Source of the DNA: Raillietiella orientalis
Lineage: Eukaryota
Reading direction: 5' to 3'
Length of the DNA stretch: 64,000 nucleotides
Assembly: GCA_036172245.1 (NCBI GenBank)
Contig: JAYWIR010000020.1
Location: 1,550,001 to 1,614,000 of the forward strand
The first letter of the stretch is position 1, and each line of letters opens with the position of its first letter. A model generated the notes under the pieces. That model saw only the letters and a list, made by a program, of their open reading frames with translations, made no database searches and was not told the DNA's origin. The translations under genes were made by a program, and so were the position numbers. This document shows positions 62,500 to 64,000 of this stretch, one piece after another.

Positions 62500-63700
62500 A
62501 CGATCTACTCTTCAGTCTTCGACTCCCTCATGGAGTGTAGAAACCCTCTGCAGTGTCCTTGAGTTTTGCGTTGCGATCGTTTATTTCCGTTCCGCCCCGT
62601 CCTTTCAGGGGTCGTCTTTCCGGGCGACCTGTGCCGTTGTAGTTGTTCAAGGGAAGCAGGGATTCCCGGCGAACAGGAAGTGGAAGGCAGAGTTTTCTGA
62701 TTGGGTGTTCCAGTCTCCACCGAGAAAAAGGAAGAACGAATCCCCCCGCATGACCCAAGCTCAGCCCAGCCTCTGTTGCTCGCCACAGATTGGTGTGCCC
62801 TCCGAGGAGCGGCTCACGTCTTCCGGTTCGGGCGAACGCGAGTGCGCCGCGGCCACTCCCGCCCGGCCTGTGGCTGCCGCCGCTGGCTGCGCTGCCTTCC
62901 ACGCTGTCTTGGGTCTGCCCGCGCATTCTGCCGAATTCTTCGGCCCCTGCATCTCCGGAGGGCAGACTCGCTCTGCAGAGTCTCTTTCTTCTCTATCTTC
63001 CCCCTTCCGCCGCCAAGTCCCTGCGTCCGGAGTTTTGGTCGTGCCGAAAGAATCGCTAATGGCCGGTGCGTCCCTTGACGGATGTCTGGAACGTCGTCGA
63101 CACTCCGGGCAGGGTTCCTCTCTTTTCGGAAACTCGATATGGGACTTTTTTGCGGTCCTCGAGGGATCTCGACGAAACTGCGACCTGCAGCAAGGAACGT
63201 CCTCTCCGGATGAAGGAGACTGCACTGAGACCCTGAGGGTCAGCAAGGACTGGAGGGATTACTTTTTTCCTGAAGACTCTGCCACGTCCGTCTGCAGCTC
63301 CTCCTTCCGCGCACGCAAGCACAGGGTTTGTGCGAAGCTTCCAGAATCCCGGGAGCTTTAGGGACCAGCGCTCTCTGCGGCCGGCGGCGGAGAGCTCCCG
63401 GATCGTCTCACCGGAGAAGGGTCCGGCGTCGAGAGCGGTGCGAGAGGGATGGCGGAGAGAAAGCCGAGAGTTAGCGCTTTCCTCCCGAAAGATCGGTCCA
63501 GATGCTGCACGTCCTTTATCGATCTCCCGCCTTCCGTAAGCACGTCGCTCTCTTGAGCTCCACGCTGATCCTTCGTGCAGGAGGAGAGAGAGGAACGGGA
63601 GATGCCGACCCGCCGCCCCGAGACGCTCCCGGACTCGCGGAAATGTGAGGGAAGAGAAGGAAGCGTTCCCGGAAAAATTCAAGGACTCTTACAGCAGGAG
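62500..63700 (-). mobile_element. Degenerate gypsy integrase relic
   Basis: GFWKLRTN..VIPPVL (PYWKLRDxL..VIPxxLR); CPECRR; FSRWRLE; 62555-62607 is a DNA-level paralogue of 60021-60073. Confidence 0.4.
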
Positions 63701-64000
63701 TCCGTCCTTTCCAGGAGCCTTGTAACCTGAGTCTCCTCGAGTTTCCTCCAGATTCCCCCTCCTCTGCGCCTGCTTGCCATCTAGGGGAACCTACGCGACT
63801 TGGGAAAACCAGCAACCGCCTGCGGCGAGAGACGTGGGTGTGGCAAGGCGGCAGCCGTTTTCTCCCTCTCGCTTGACGGATGCTGCGGATCGGGATAGGG
63901 GACGCAGTGCCTGCGAAGAAATTTGGTCCTGCGAAGAAGTTGTCGGTGGCTCGTGGCAGCGGACCATTGCTCAGTTCGCCGCGAGACATCTCTCGGAGTC

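Overview
Eukaryotic (invertebrate animal-type) genomic DNA. Only one host gene is well supported: NOL10 (nucleolar protein 10 / yeast Enp2 orthologue), minus strand 53915-56855, 13 coding exons, about 661 aa, with very short introns (two, probably three, of 40 nt). It sits in an AT-rich, CpG-poor island (about 52-59 kb). The rest of the window is mostly GC- and CpG-rich and non-genic; its many six-frame ORFs look like compositional noise. Read by eye, this DNA is a dense field of very old, frameshifted Ty3/gypsy gag-pol relics (RT-RNaseH-IN order recoverable in several), and 17 of my 19 calls lie on the minus strand. Interspersed are at least six copies of a long (about 0.8 kb) tRNA-headed SINE-like element with internal subrepeats, one pogo/Tigger-like MITE, several hairpins and local duplications, and short islands rich in transcription-factor motifs. 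The most interesting hypothesis is that the strand-biased relic field is a flamenco-like unistrand piRNA cluster or the intron of a very large plus-strand gene. All transposon motif calls are by-eye matches to family consensus motifs, not database or HMM results, and their boundaries are approximate.
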